Below, one piece after another: positions 9,161 to 17,082 of a DNA stretch of 21,246 nucleotides. The notes below the pieces were generated by a model. That model saw nothing but the letters and a program-made list of their open reading frames with translations, was not told the origin of the DNA and did no database searches. Position 1 is the first letter of the stretch. The number at the start of each line of letters is the position of its first letter. The translations under genes and the position numbers were made by a program. The stretch spans positions 1 through 21,246 of the IMG/VR virus record IMGVR_UViG_2534681772_000016. One strand, given 5' to 3'. Source of the DNA: a virus (Duplodnaviria > Heunggongvirae > Uroviricota > Caudoviricetes).

Positions 9161-10021
9161 TCACCTGTCGAAAAACACGTAGCCAGTTTTCGATACGGTG
9201 ATTGCGGATGATGGTTTGGATTGTGGTTGAATAGTTTCTGGCTTCTCGTCGTTCCAGCGTTGACCGTTCAGGTAGCTCGATGGTAACAACCTGTCGAATC
9301 CGAACTGCTTACCATTCCTGCATGCGATGTCTTCTGCCAGCATCGTGGCAAACTCGCTTGCCGTACCCCTGGTAGTTTTACGCCATTCCCTGAACTGTGT
9401 TCTGAATGCCGAAGCCGCGTTTTTCTTCCCGGCTTTCCGCATGCCTGCACACCAGAATATTTCCTCGAATGCCTTGTCGGTTTCTTCGTGACGGTCAGAT
9501 GATTTTTCACACTCCGTCCGAACACTTTCGGACATAGTGTTTTTATTATTTCTTTTTTCTTTTGTAATAGTTTCTTTTGTGTGTCCCTGTTTTGGTGACA
9601 GCGCTGTCACCGTTTTGGTGACACTTTTTGTCACCAATGCAGTGACATTATCACCAGAGTAGTGACACCCTTCGATTTGCCATTCTTCGATGTTCTTGTT
9701 AGGCCCGATTTGCTGGCCTTCGCGAAGGATAACCTTCATCGCGATAAGCTCATTCTTGGCCTTGTTTACCTTCTGTCTTGGCAGCCTGGTAATTTGAGCT
9801 AACTGACTATCAGAAATGCGATCCATCTTTTTACCGTAGCCGTATGTTTTACGGCATATGGCGTGGGCAACCTTGCTCTGATTTTTCGTTAAATCTGCGC
9901 CGATAAGCTCTTCATACAGGGCATTTGCAAGACGGGTATAACCATCTTCAACTTCTGCCACACGACGCTCCACAGGCCGTTGTGAAGGCCTTAAATGTGT
10001 TACGGTTGCAAGATTACTCAT
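9161..10021 (-). CDS. Replication initiator, lambda O-like N-terminal iteron-binding domain with a divergent C-terminus
   Basis: The N-terminus ..[70 protein letters not shown] is similar to the lambda O N-domain as recalled. The iteron origin lies inside the gene, as in lambda O. Confidence 0.75.
   Translation of the reverse strand: MSNLATVTHLRPSQRPVERRVAEVEDGYTRLANALYEELIGADLTKNQSKVAHAICRKTYGYGKKMDRISDSQLAQITRLPRQKVNKAKNELIAMKVILREGQQIGPNKNIEEWQIEGCHYSGDNVTALVTKSVTKTVTALSPKQGHTKETITKEKRNNKNTMSESVRTECEKSSDRHEETDKAFEEIFWCAGMRKAGKKNAASAFRTQFREWRKTTRGTASEFATMLAEDIACRNGKQFGFDRLLPSSYLNGQRWNDEKPETIQPQSKPSSAITVSKTGYVFFDR
9541..9668. repeat. Phage replication origin: about 4 iterons (GGTGACA/TGTCACC palindromes) plus an adjacent AT-rich region, inside the O-like gene
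   Basis: The iterons are ggtgacagcgctgtcacc (9594-9611), ggtgacactttttgtcacc (9617-9635), gtgacattatcacc (9642-9655) and gtgacacc (about 9662-9669). A T-rich tract lies at 9541-9585. The order matches lambda ori relative to O. Confidence 0.7.
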
Positions 10022-10160
10022 GACCTTTCTCCTTCTGCATCAGCTTCACTTTTTCCAACTCAGCCCGGAATCGACCAGGCTGCTTGAAGCTGGACAGGAA
10101 GCGATCACGTAGTATGTGTTTGTGAATTTTGTCCTGGTAAGGACTGAGTTGTTTTGTCAT
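10014..10160 (-). CDS. Hypothetical small protein (48 aa) between cII and the O-like gene
   Basis: The [51 protein letters not shown] has an AGGAG RBS. Its stop overlaps the O start. Lambda has no gene at this position. Confidence 0.35.
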   Translation of the reverse strand: MTKQLSPYQDKIHKHILRDRFLSSFKQPGRFRAELEKVKLMQKEKGHE

Positions 10161-10170
10161 AATGACTCCT

Positions 10171-10247
10171 GTGGATTGATCCAGTAATGACCTCAGAATT
10201 CCATCTGGATTTGTTCAGAACGCTCGGTTGCAGCCGGGCGTTTTTTA
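10171..10247 (+). ncRNA. oop: oop-like antisense RNA overlapping the 3' end of cII
   Basis: The sequence gtggattgatccagtaatgacctcagaattccatctggatttgttcagaacgctcggttgcagccgggcgttttttatt closely matches lambda oop as recalled. It ends in a hairpin (cgctcgg/ccgggcg) followed by T6. Confidence 0.6.
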
Positions 10248-10486
10248 TTGGTGAGAATCGAAGCAACTTGTCGTGCCAATCGAGCCATGTCGTCGTCGAC
10301 GACACCCCATTCAAGAACAGCAAGCAGCATTGAGAACTTTGGAATCCAGTCCCTCTTCCACCTGCTGATCTGCGACTTATCAACTCCCACAGCTTCCGCT
10401 GTCTTCTCAGTTCCAAGCATTGCGATTTTGTTAAGCAACGCACTCTCGATTCGTAGAGCCTCGTTGCGTTTGTTTGCACGAACCAT
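10193..10486 (-). CDS. cII: Transcriptional activator CII
   Basis: From the internal Met, the 97-aa product [74 protein letters not shown]...EQIQMEF is near-identical to lambda CII as recalled. Confidence 0.9.
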   Translation of the reverse strand: MVRANKRNEALRIESALLNKIAMLGTEKTAEAVGVDKSQISRWKRDWIPKFSMLLAVLEWGVVDDDMARLARQVASILTNKKRPAATERSEQIQMEF

Positions 10487-10545
10487 ATGTAAGTATTTCC
10501 TTAACAAATAAGAAGTTATGCGCATCAACTTATGCGCGTTGTATT

Positions 10546-10588
10546 CCCGCATTTCGGCGGGAATGAGGACCATGACTGTTAAAGAGCA
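10546..10588 (-). promoter_or_regulatory. nutR (boxA TGCTCTTTAACA-like and a boxB hairpin) between cro and cII
   Basis: On the minus strand, gctctttaaca is followed by the hairpin cccgc-cgaaat-gcggg. The boxB is identical to the one in nutL at 11701-11716. Confidence 0.65.
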
Positions 10589-10594
10589 ATTTGC

Positions 10595-10780
10595 TTATGC
10601 CGCTTTGCGGTAAGCGCTTTCTTGATACTTCAGGGCGCCAGCTGTAACGACTTCCAGTCGATAGGCGTCTTTCTCTGGGATGACTTCCTTCCACTGAGAG
10701 ACTGCTGCGTCGCTAATGCCTAACGCTTTAGCTACAGCACGCTGGGTTCCGAAGTGGTCGATAACATCTTTCTTGTACAT
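10595..10780 (-). CDS. cro: Cro repressor, P22 type
   Basis: The 61-aa product MYKKDVIDHFGTQRAVAKALGISDAAVSQWKEVIPEKDAYRLEVVTAGALKYQESAYRKAA matches P22 Cro as recalled. Confidence 0.9.
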   Translation of the reverse strand: MYKKDVIDHFGTQRAVAKALGISDAAVSQWKEVIPEKDAYRLEVVTAGALKYQESAYRKAA

Positions 10781-10794
10781 AGACTCGCTCCGAA

Positions 10795-10860
10795 ATTAAA
10801 GAACACTTAAATTATCCACTAAAGGAATCTTAAGTCAAGTTTATTTAAGATGTCTTAACT
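10795..10860. promoter_or_regulatory. Right operator OR1-OR2-OR3 with the divergent promoters PR (towards cro) and PRM (towards c2)
   Basis: Three 18-bp sites fit the P22 operator pattern ANTNAAGNNNNCTTNANT: attaaagaacacttaaat (10795-10812), actaaaggaatcttaagt (10818-10835) and atttaagatgtcttaact (10843-10860). Confidence 0.75.
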
Positions 10861-11511
10861 ATGAAAACTCAATTGATGGGAGAGCGCATTCGCGCTCGGA
10901 GAAAAGAACTCAAGATCAGGCAGGCCGCACTTGGAAAGATGGTCGGCGTGTCTAATGTTGCCATATCTCAGTGGGAACGCTCTGAGACAGAGCCAAATGG
11001 AGAGAATCTTCTCGCCCTGGCTAATGCGTTGAAGTGTTCCCCTGACTATCTGATGAAAGGAGAGGAAAGTCTTTCAAACATTGCCTATCACAGTAGGCAT
11101 GATCCAAGAGGGTCATACCCTCTGATTAGCTGGGTGAGCGCAGGATGCTGGATGGAAGCTGTAGAACCATATCATAAGCGTGCAATAGATAACTGGTACG
11201 ATACAACCGTAGACTGTTCAGAAGATTCGTTTTGGTTGGACGTGAAGGGAGACTCAATGACGGCTCCGGCCGGTCTCAGTATCCCTGAAGGAATGATAAT
11301 ACTCGTCGATCCTGAAGTAGAGCCGCGTAACGGGAAACTGGTAGTTGCAAAGCTCGAAGGAGAAAACGAGGCAACTTTCAAGAAGTTAGTTATTGATGCA
11401 GGCAGGAAGTTTCTAAAACCACTTAACCCACAATATCCGATGATCGAGATCAACGGAAACTGCAAAATCATCGGCGTAGTTGTCGATGCAAAACTAGCAA
11501 ACCTTCCATAA
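10861..11511 (+). CDS. c2: Prophage repressor, P22 C2 type (HTH plus LexA-like S24 peptidase domain)
   Basis: The 216-aa product MKTQLMGERIRARRKELKIRQAALGKMVGVSNVAISQWERSETEPNGENL... ends in ..GDSMTAPAGLSIPEGMIILVDPE..KLANLP, the autocleavage-domain motifs. Confidence 0.9.
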   Translation: MKTQLMGERIRARRKELKIRQAALGKMVGVSNVAISQWERSETEPNGENLLALANALKCSPDYLMKGEESLSNIAYHSRHDPRGSYPLISWVSAGCWMEAVEPYHKRAIDNWYDTTVDCSEDSFWLDVKGDSMTAPAGLSIPEGMIILVDPEVEPRNGKLVVAKLEGENEATFKKLVIDAGRKFLKPLNPQYPMIEINGNCKIIGVVVDAKLANLP

Positions 11512-11533
11512 GGGGGCATTCGCCCCTTTTTTT
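11512..11533 (+). terminator. Intrinsic terminator after c2
   Basis: The hairpin ggggc-attc-gcccc is followed by T7, directly after the c2 stop codon. Confidence 0.7.
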
Positions 11534-11575
11534 ATTTCCTTTAAAAATCAAAGCCAAACTTAAGTTACGAAAGAA

Positions 11576-11630
11576 AATTTAAGTTTTCTTCAAAAATACT
11601 CTTGACCATTAATTAAAGAGATCTTAAATT
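11576..11630 (+). promoter_or_regulatory. Left operator and PL promoter region (OL sites, -35 TTGACC, weak -10)
   Basis: The site attaaagagatcttaaat (11612-11629) fits the P22 operator pattern. A second half-site pair lies at about 11576-11595. TTGACC at 11602-11607 has a TAAATT-like -10 element 17 bp downstream. Confidence 0.55.
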
Positions 11631-11676
11631 TAAGCCATCAGCAGGACGCTGGTAGCCAAACGGAACAGATTGGCAG

Positions 11677-11716
11677 GCTCTTTAACATTGATGGGATTGT
11701 CCCGCCGAAATGCGGG
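11677..11716 (+). promoter_or_regulatory. nutL (boxA gctctttaaca plus a boxB hairpin)
   Basis: The boxA-like sequence at 11677-11687 is followed by the hairpin cccgc-cgaaat-gcggg at 11701-11716, upstream of the N-like gene. Confidence 0.65.
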
Positions 11717-11824
11717 AACCAAAGAGTAGTTGGCTTTGGGGTGACGTGAAGTGCAGCTGCACGACGGCAACCGGAAGATAAGCACCCGGCGCGTCACCGC
11801 CAAAGTCAATCATCGGAGGTCAAC

Positions 11825-12097
11825 ATGACAGTAGTCATTACATATCTGGCTGACGATAACGCCAGAAATCGCCGCAGAGCACGCAGACAGGCTCAACGTG
11901 AACAGGCAATGCAAGAGCAGCGACTGGCGCGAAAAATTGCGCTAAAGCTCTCTGGTTGCGTCAGAGCAGACAAAGCAGCATCACTAGGAAGCCTTTGCTG
12001 CAAGAAGGCAGATGAATGCAGTGGAAGTATTTGCCTGCCAAACGTAGCCGTTTACGCGGCAGGCTACCGGAAATCAAAACAATTGACGGCGAGGTAA
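11825..12097 (+). CDS. N: N-like transcription antiterminator (arginine-rich motif)
   Basis: The N-terminal arginine-rich motif is DNARNRRRARRQAQREQA. The C-terminus LPNVAVYAAGYRKSKQLTAR resembles the P22 gene 24/N family as recalled. The gene lies downstream of nutL. Confidence 0.7.
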   Translation: MTVVITYLADDNARNRRRARRQAQREQAMQEQRLARKIALKLSGCVRADKAASLGSLCCKKADECSGSICLPNVAVYAAGYRKSKQLTAR

Positions 12098-12099
12098 TT

Positions 12100-12462
12100 A
12101 TGGGTCAGGAAGAAAAATATGAGCTTAAAAAGCTCATTGAAGAAGACGGCATAGAAGAAATTGCAGCATTAACAACAGCTATAAAGAATATTAGGTATGC
12201 GCTAAATGCGCTTATCTCCTCATGCGACAAAAATAGCAGGGAATTTTTGATACTTGGCGCAGCTCTAGGAATAGTTGATGCGGCAACGCTTCACCTAATT
12301 ACTCATGACGATATTCTTATTGAGCCGTATGAAACATTACTGCTTGTCAGGCAAAAAATGGCTGATGCCGCAGCAAATGGAGACCTTCAACTTTACATCG
12401 ACTTAAGGAAAGTATTAAGGCGAATGGTCAGAACTGAAGGAGATATCCCCCTGACAAAATAA
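12100..12462 (+). CDS. Hypothetical protein (120 aa), first early-left accessory gene after N
   Basis: The ORF MGQEEKYELKKLIEEDGIEEIAALTTAIKNIRYALNAL... has a GAGG RBS and starts directly after the N stop. No family was recognised. Confidence 0.5.
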   Translation: MGQEEKYELKKLIEEDGIEEIAALTTAIKNIRYALNALISSCDKNSREFLILGAALGIVDAATLHLITHDDILIEPYETLLLVRQKMADAAANGDLQLYIDLRKVLRRMVRTEGDIPLTK

Positions 12463-12562
12463 GGGGGTAAGAGGATTTTACTATTTTTCTCGCTGTAGGG
12501 GTACACGAGAACCACCGAGCCTGATGTGGTTAAAAGACAGGCATACTAATAAACACTGCACT

Positions 12563-12590
12563 GTGTATTCATTCCAACGAGTGAATACAC
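12563..12590 (+). other. Perfect 9-bp inverted repeat hairpin in a 236-bp intergenic spacer
   Basis: gtgtattca-ttccaacgag-tgaatacac. No T-run follows it, so it is not a typical intrinsic terminator. Confidence 0.4.
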
Positions 12591-12652
12591 GGAGCAATGT
12601 CGCTCGTAACTAAACAGGAGCCGACTTGTTCTGATTATTGGAAATCTTCTTT

Positions 12653-12680
12653 GCCCTCCAGTGTGAGGGCGATTTTTTAT
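12653..12680 (+). terminator. Intrinsic terminator (tL-type, presumably read through by N-modified polymerase)
   Basis: The hairpin gccctc-cagtgt-gagggc is followed by gattttttat, 19 bp upstream of the next ATG. Confidence 0.7.
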
Positions 12681-12698
12681 CTGTGAGGATATGAACAG

Positions 12699-13067
12699 AT
12701 GTCAAACATCAAAAAATACATCATTGATTACGACTGGAAAGCATCAATAGAAATTGAAATCGACCATGACGTAATGACAGAGGAAAAACTTCACCAGATT
12801 AATAATTTCTGGTCAGACTCTGAATACCGACTCAATAAACACGGCTCTGTATTAAATGCTGTATTAATCATGCTGGCGCAACATGCTCTGCTTATAGCAA
12901 TTTCAAGCGACTTAAATGCATATGGTGTTGTGTGTGAGTTCGACTGGAATGATGGAAATGGTCAGGAAGGATGGCCTCCAATGGATGGTAGCGAAGGAAT
13001 AAGAATTACCGATATCGATACATCAGGAATATTTGATTCAGATGATATGACTATCAAAGCCGCCTGA
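12699..13067 (+). CDS. Hypothetical strongly acidic protein (122 aa)
   Basis: The ORF MSNIKKYIIDYDWKASIEIEIDHDVMTEEKLHQINNFWSDSEY...DIDTSGIFDSDDMTIKAA has a large excess of Asp and Glu over Lys and Arg. No family was recognised. Confidence 0.55.
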   Translation: MSNIKKYIIDYDWKASIEIEIDHDVMTEEKLHQINNFWSDSEYRLNKHGSVLNAVLIMLAQHALLIAISSDLNAYGVVCEFDWNDGNGQEGWPPMDGSEGIRITDIDTSGIFDSDDMTIKAA

Positions 13068-13142
13068 GCGCGGCGTTACCGCATACCAATAACGCTTCAC
13101 TCGAGGCGTTTTCGTTATGCAATCAAATATAAGGAGTTACCC

Positions 13143-13277
13143 ATGATGCACTTTCAGCTCGCGGGTAGCGGCGTCATGTCCGCTTTCTACCCGCACGAAT
13201 CTGAATTATCACGCCGAGTTAAACAATTAATCAGAGCAGCAAAGAAACAACTGGAGGCGTTATGCGCAATGAAATAG
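13143..13277 (+). CDS. cIII: CIII-like protein (putative FtsH inhibitor), 44 aa
   Basis: The product MMHFQLAGSGVMSAFYPHESELSRRVKQLIRAAKKQLEALCAMK has a central amphipathic helix resembling the lambda CIII core PSESLLERITRKLRDGWKRLIDIL. An AAGGAG RBS precedes it. Confidence 0.5.
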   Translation: MMHFQLAGSGVMSAFYPHESELSRRVKQLIRAAKKQLEALCAMK

Positions 13278-13413
13278 CCATCAATCACCAGATGCTTCGT
13301 GCTGCACAGAACAAAGCAGTAATAGCCAGATTTATTGGTGATTCAAAAATGTGGCTTGAAGCAAATAAAGCGATGAAATCAGCTATCAACCTTCCGTGGT
13401 ATCGCAGGAAATG
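13261..13413 (+). CDS. Hypothetical small protein (50 aa)
   Basis: The ORF MRNEIAINHQMLRAAQNKAVIARFIGDSKMWLEANKAMKSAINLPWYRRK has a GGAGG RBS and overlaps the end of the cIII-like ORF. Confidence 0.35.
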
Positions 13414-13487
13414 AGTTTTACAGATAACTGGTCAGACGAAGAATTCATTCGTCAGATGAAAGAATTAATCGGTAACGAAGGAGATAT

Positions 13488-13661
13488 TCATGTCACTTGC
13501 AACCACAGTGAAGGAGAGCAAGTTACAGAGACGCATGTACACGCAGAAAGCTCTCTGGTATCGCCATAATGGTGACCGCGAAGGAATGCGGGTATGCCTT
13601 AATTTGTCCCGAGTCGAAGTATTAAATCAGCGTTATTTCCTTGGGCCGTGTCCATTCTGAG
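13488..13661 (+). CDS. Hypothetical small protein (57 aa), in the position of kil
   Basis: The ORF MSLATTVKESKLQRRMYTQKALWYRHNGDREGMRVCLNLSRVEVLNQRYFLGPCPF has an AAGGAG RBS. An alternative overlapping ORF at 13411-13569 cannot be excluded. Confidence 0.35.
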
Positions 13662-13668
13662 GTGAATT

Positions 13669-14376
13669 ATGGATTTGAACAAATTCGATGAGCCATTCAG
13701 CCCTGAAGATATCGAATGGCGAATACAGCAAAGCGGTAAAACACGCGATGGCAAAGTGTGGGCTATGGTGCTGGCTTATGTCACGAACCGGGCAATCATG
13801 AAACGCCTGGACGATGTTTGCGGCAAAGCAGGATGGCGCAATGAATACCGCGATATTCCCAACAACGGCGGAGTTGAATGCGGCATATCAATCAAGATTG
13901 ATTCCGAATGGGTAACCAAATGGGATGCTGCTGAAAACACGCAGGTAGAAGCCGTCAAAGGTGGTCGTTCCGGTGCAATGAAGCGTGCTGCCGTTCAATG
14001 GGGAATCGGTCGGTATCTGTATAACCTTGAGGAAGGTTTCGCACAAACATCTCTCGATAAAAAGCAGGGGTGGCACAGGGCAAAACTGAAGGATGGAACA
14101 GGATTTTACTGGCTTCCTCCATCGCTGCCGGGATGGGCAATCCCAGCATCAGATAACAAACCATCACCAGAAAATACCAACCAGAAATCTCCATCGGTTG
14201 ACTGCGAACAAATCCTGAAAGACTTCAGCGATTATGCGTCAACAGAAACTGACAAGAAAAAACTCATCGAGCGTTATCAGCGTGACTGGCAATTAATGGC
14301 TGGCAACGAGGAGGCGCAGGCTAAATGCGTTCAGGTAATGAACATCAGAGTTAACGAACTAAAACAGGCGGCATAA
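13669..14376 (+). CDS. Single-strand annealing protein, Rad52/Sak-like family recombinase
   Basis: The motif GGRSGAMKRAAVQWGIGRYLYNL is typical of Rad52-family annealing proteins. The gene sits immediately upstream of ssb in the recombination module. Confidence 0.65.
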   Translation: MDLNKFDEPFSPEDIEWRIQQSGKTRDGKVWAMVLAYVTNRAIMKRLDDVCGKAGWRNEYRDIPNNGGVECGISIKIDSEWVTKWDAAENTQVEAVKGGRSGAMKRAAVQWGIGRYLYNLEEGFAQTSLDKKQGWHRAKLKDGTGFYWLPPSLPGWAIPASDNKPSPENTNQKSPSVDCEQILKDFSDYASTETDKKKLIERYQRDWQLMAGNEEAQAKCVQVMNIRVNELKQAA

Positions 14377-14883
14377 ATGGCAAGCAGAGGCGTAAATAAG
14401 GTGATTATCCTTGGTCGGGTAGGACAAGACCCGGAAGTTCGATACTCACCATCAGGAACAGCGTTCGCTAACCTGACAATAGCCACGTCAGAACAATGGC
14501 GAGATAAAAATACTGGCGAGCAAAAGGAATTGACTGAATGGCATCGTGTTGCTGTATCCGGGAAACTGGCTGAGGTCGTTGGGCGGTATGTGAAAAAAGG
14601 TGATCAGATTTATTTCGAGGGAATGCTGAGAACCAGAAAGTGGAAAGACCAGTCAGGGCAAGACCGTTACACAACCGAGGTTCATGTCGGAATTAATGGC
14701 GTGATGCAAATGCTTGGCGGCATTGGCGACAGCAAACAACAAGCAGCCAGCAGGCAATCACAGAAGCCACAGCAGCAATCATCACCAGCACAACACAACG
14801 AACCTCCGATGGATTTTGACGACGATATACCCTTTGCACCAGTAACTCTCCCCTTCCCTCGTCACGCTATTCACGCAATTTAA
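14377..14883 (+). CDS. ssb: Single-stranded DNA-binding protein with a 15-aa extension beyond the DDDIPF tip
   Basis: OB-fold N-terminus [44 protein letters not shown]...; Gln/Pro-rich linker; ..[11 protein letters not shown] followed by [15 protein letters not shown]. Confidence 0.9.
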   Translation: MASRGVNKVIILGRVGQDPEVRYSPSGTAFANLTIATSEQWRDKNTGEQKELTEWHRVAVSGKLAEVVGRYVKKGDQIYFEGMLRTRKWKDQSGQDRYTTEVHVGINGVMQMLGGIGDSKQQAASRQSQKPQQQSSPAQHNEPPMDFDDDIPFAPVTLPFPRHAIHAI

Positions 14884-14896
14884 TCAGGAGAAAAAC

Positions 14897-15193
14897 ATGC
14901 CAGCGCCTTTGTATGGTGCGGATGACGCGCGCCGCTGTTCCGGCAATTCCGTATCGGAGGTGCTGGATAAATTCAGAAAAAACTACGATCGGATAATGTC
15001 GCTACCGCAGGAAACGAAAGAGGAAAAGGAATTTCGCCACTGTATATGGCTTGCAGAGAAAGAAGAGCGCGAGCGAATTTACCAGACATCAATCCGACCA
15101 TTCCGCAAAGCCACATATACCCACTTCTCTGAATATATCGACCCGCGCCTGCGTAATTACCGCTCACGCTATGGCGCTATCAGTAATGACTGA
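14897..15193 (+). CDS. Hypothetical protein (98 aa)
   Basis: The ORF MPAPLYGADDARRCSGNSVSEVLDKFRKNYDRIMSLPQETKEEKEF... has a GGAG RBS and lies in the accessory region after ssb. Confidence 0.5.
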   Translation: MPAPLYGADDARRCSGNSVSEVLDKFRKNYDRIMSLPQETKEEKEFRHCIWLAEKEERERIYQTSIRPFRKATYTHFSEYIDPRLRNYRSRYGAISND

Positions 15194-15203
15194 GGAATTA
15201 ACA

Positions 15204-15494
15204 ATGAAAACAATGAAGCTAAACATCGACCTCGGAAAATACGTTATTACCGGAACCAAACACGACCTGATTCTTAGCGAAAGAGGAATTATCAAAGAAG
15301 GCGAGAATGCAGGGAAAGAAACACTAAGCCGTATCGGTTATTACAGCAAGTTTGAGCATCTGGTCAAAGAGTTATGCAACCGTGAAATCCTGTTATCTCA
15401 GGCGCAGACGCTACAGGATATTCAGCAGCATATCGAGACTTTAGGTGTATCACTTAGCATGGCTATTGACCAGTTCGTGGAGAGTAAATCATGA
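15204..15494 (+). CDS. Hypothetical protein (96 aa)
   Basis: The [44 protein letters not shown]... has GAGG 8 nt upstream of the ATG. Confidence 0.5.
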   Translation: MKTMKLNIDLGKYVITGTKHDLILSERGIIKEGENAGKETLSRIGYYSKFEHLVKELCNREILLSQAQTLQDIQQHIETLGVSLSMAIDQFVESKS

Positions 15495-15655
15495 GAGGAC
15501 TTGCATACAATCCCGGCATTCTTCCGGCAGAAATGATTATTCGCCAACGCGTAAAGCCAATGCCATCGAGAGAAGAATTGCTTAAGAGAAATTCTTTTCC
15601 ATCAGTGAATCAAAACAAATATCTGAATGCGATGTTGCGGAGTGGGAAGAAATGA
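15491..15655 (+). CDS. Hypothetical small protein (54 aa)
   Basis: The [57 protein letters not shown] overlaps both neighbouring genes by ATGA. Confidence 0.35.
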   Translation: MRGLAYNPGILPAEMIIRQRVKPMPSREELLKRNSFPSVNQNKYLNAMLRSGKK

Positions 15656-16026
15656 AACAAATGACACTAATTGAGATGGATGGATTTCTGAAAGGTAAAT
15701 GCATCCCACGAGATTTAAAGGTTAACGAAACAAACGCTGAATATCTTGTCCGTAAGTTCGGTGAACTTGAATCAAAACTCAACGAGCAGCGTGAATATTA
15801 CGAAGGTGTTATCTCTGATGGGAGTAAGCGTATAGCAGAGTTACAAAGTGGTTCTCAGGTACAAAAGTTAGTTGAAGCAATCATTGTTGCGATAGAAAAC
15901 GAACAGGAACGTCTTTTTGATGAAGATTACCTAATGGATTCGAAAGAATGCATTGACGTAATTCGTGAAGAAGTAAAGCGATGGAATGATTCCCGCGCCG
16001 CTGGCATTCGCATCAAAGGAGAGTGA
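15652..16026 (+). CDS. Hypothetical protein (124 aa)
   Basis: The [49 protein letters not shown]... is translationally coupled within the operon. Confidence 0.5.
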   Translation: MKQMTLIEMDGFLKGKCIPRDLKVNETNAEYLVRKFGELESKLNEQREYYEGVISDGSKRIAELQSGSQVQKLVEAIIVAIENEQERLFDEDYLMDSKECIDVIREEVKRWNDSRAAGIRIKGE

Positions 16027-16027
16027 G

Positions 16028-16213
16028 ATGAAGCGAGAAATTATCAATTTCATCAATCCAGGTAACTGCTGCCCTGGTCATGACAAATACCCATGTGACA
16101 AATACAAAAATAGGCGTTCAGTTCGCCAACGCGCACTCGGTATTAAAAAAGAGCATCGACATGTGAGAAGAACCGTCCGTCAGGAATTGCTATTAAATAT
16201 TGGTGAGGACTAA
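16028..16213 (+). CDS. Hypothetical Cys-rich small basic protein (61 aa)
   Basis: The ORF MKREIINFINPGNCCPGHDKYPCDKYKNRRSVRQRALGIKKEHRHVRRTV... carries the cluster CCPGH..C. Confidence 0.4.
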   Translation: MKREIINFINPGNCCPGHDKYPCDKYKNRRSVRQRALGIKKEHRHVRRTVRQELLLNIGED

Positions 16214-16216
16214 CAC

Positions 16217-17028
16217 ATGACCACTATTACCAGAGAACAAGCTCTGAAAATTATTGAGGCAGCCGATGAGGTTATTAGTGCGCTTGCCGGAACTAACGAG
16301 GATGTTCACCCTGGTAGCGATAACATGCTACGTCTGTGGGATGACCTGAATGACCGTTACGCGCCGCCGGAAGTTGTGCGCGAACTGGCGCGGATTGCAC
16401 TGGCATCGCTGGAAGCAGAGCCGGTGGCTTATATTTTCAAACATCCGGCCGGGAAATTATTCTGGGCTTTAACGGATGAAAGCAATAAAGAGCAAGCGGA
16501 CGTTATTCCTGTTTATGCTGCCGCGCCTGCGTCGGTTGTGCCGGATAATGCATCAGAGCCTCTTGCTTATGCTTACAAAGAGCTTACGCCTGAGATTATG
16601 CGCAACCATTTAGCTGTATTCGAGCGATATGGAATAGCCCCAAACGATAGCTCTACCACAATTCAGGCACTGCGAATCGCGCTGGATGGCATAGAGCGGA
16701 GCGACGCCATGCTTCATGGTGCCGAAACTGTAAGCCAAACTTACAAGTTGCCTCCCCTGTCATCCAGCGAAGTAAACGACGCGGCATGGAAATTACACAA
16801 CATGCTGACTGAACACGGCCTGCTAAATGGGCGTCAGTTCAACAATCTGAAAGGTTGCTTCTATGAGGCATTAAAGGTCGCAATGCGCAACTATCCGGCA
16901 ACTCCGGATAGTTGGATAAGCTGTAGTGAGCGAATGCCGGATACCAAAACAGCCGTTCTTGTTGCCGTGGAGTTTGACAGGAAAGGTGACTGGCGAATGA
17001 AATGGGCGACTTACATCCCGGGGCATCC
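16217..17028 (+). pseudogene. DUF551-like phage protein, 5' portion, interrupted by IS629 after codon 270
   Basis: The ORF runs from the prophage into the IS at 17029. Its C-terminal region ..WISCSERMPDTKTAVLVAVEFDRKGDWRMKWATYIPGHP resembles the DUF551 pattern as recalled. The continuation is found in frame after the IS. Confidence 0.7.
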
Positions 17029-17082
17029 TGAACCGCCCCGGGAATCCTGGAGACTAAACTCCCTGAGAAAGAGGTAAACAGG

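Noticed and set aside
9541-9668. CRISPR-like or other repeat array
   Set aside because: The repeats are short palindromic iterons inside the O-like gene next to an AT-rich tract, which is the signature of a lambdoid origin. There are no regular spacers and no cas genes.
10193-10573. 126-aa extended form of cII starting at the upstream Met, and the overlapping ORF at 10105-10479
   Set aside because: The conserved CII sequence begins at the internal [10 protein letters not shown]. The upstream extension would run through nutR, and the other ORF is in the wrong frame.
13411-13569. 52-aa ORF overlapping the 57-aa ORF at 13488-13661 in another frame
   Set aside because: It has poor RBS spacing, whereas the overlapping 57-aa ORF has a strong AAGGAG. 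Both cannot be resolved from sequence alone, so it was left uncalled.
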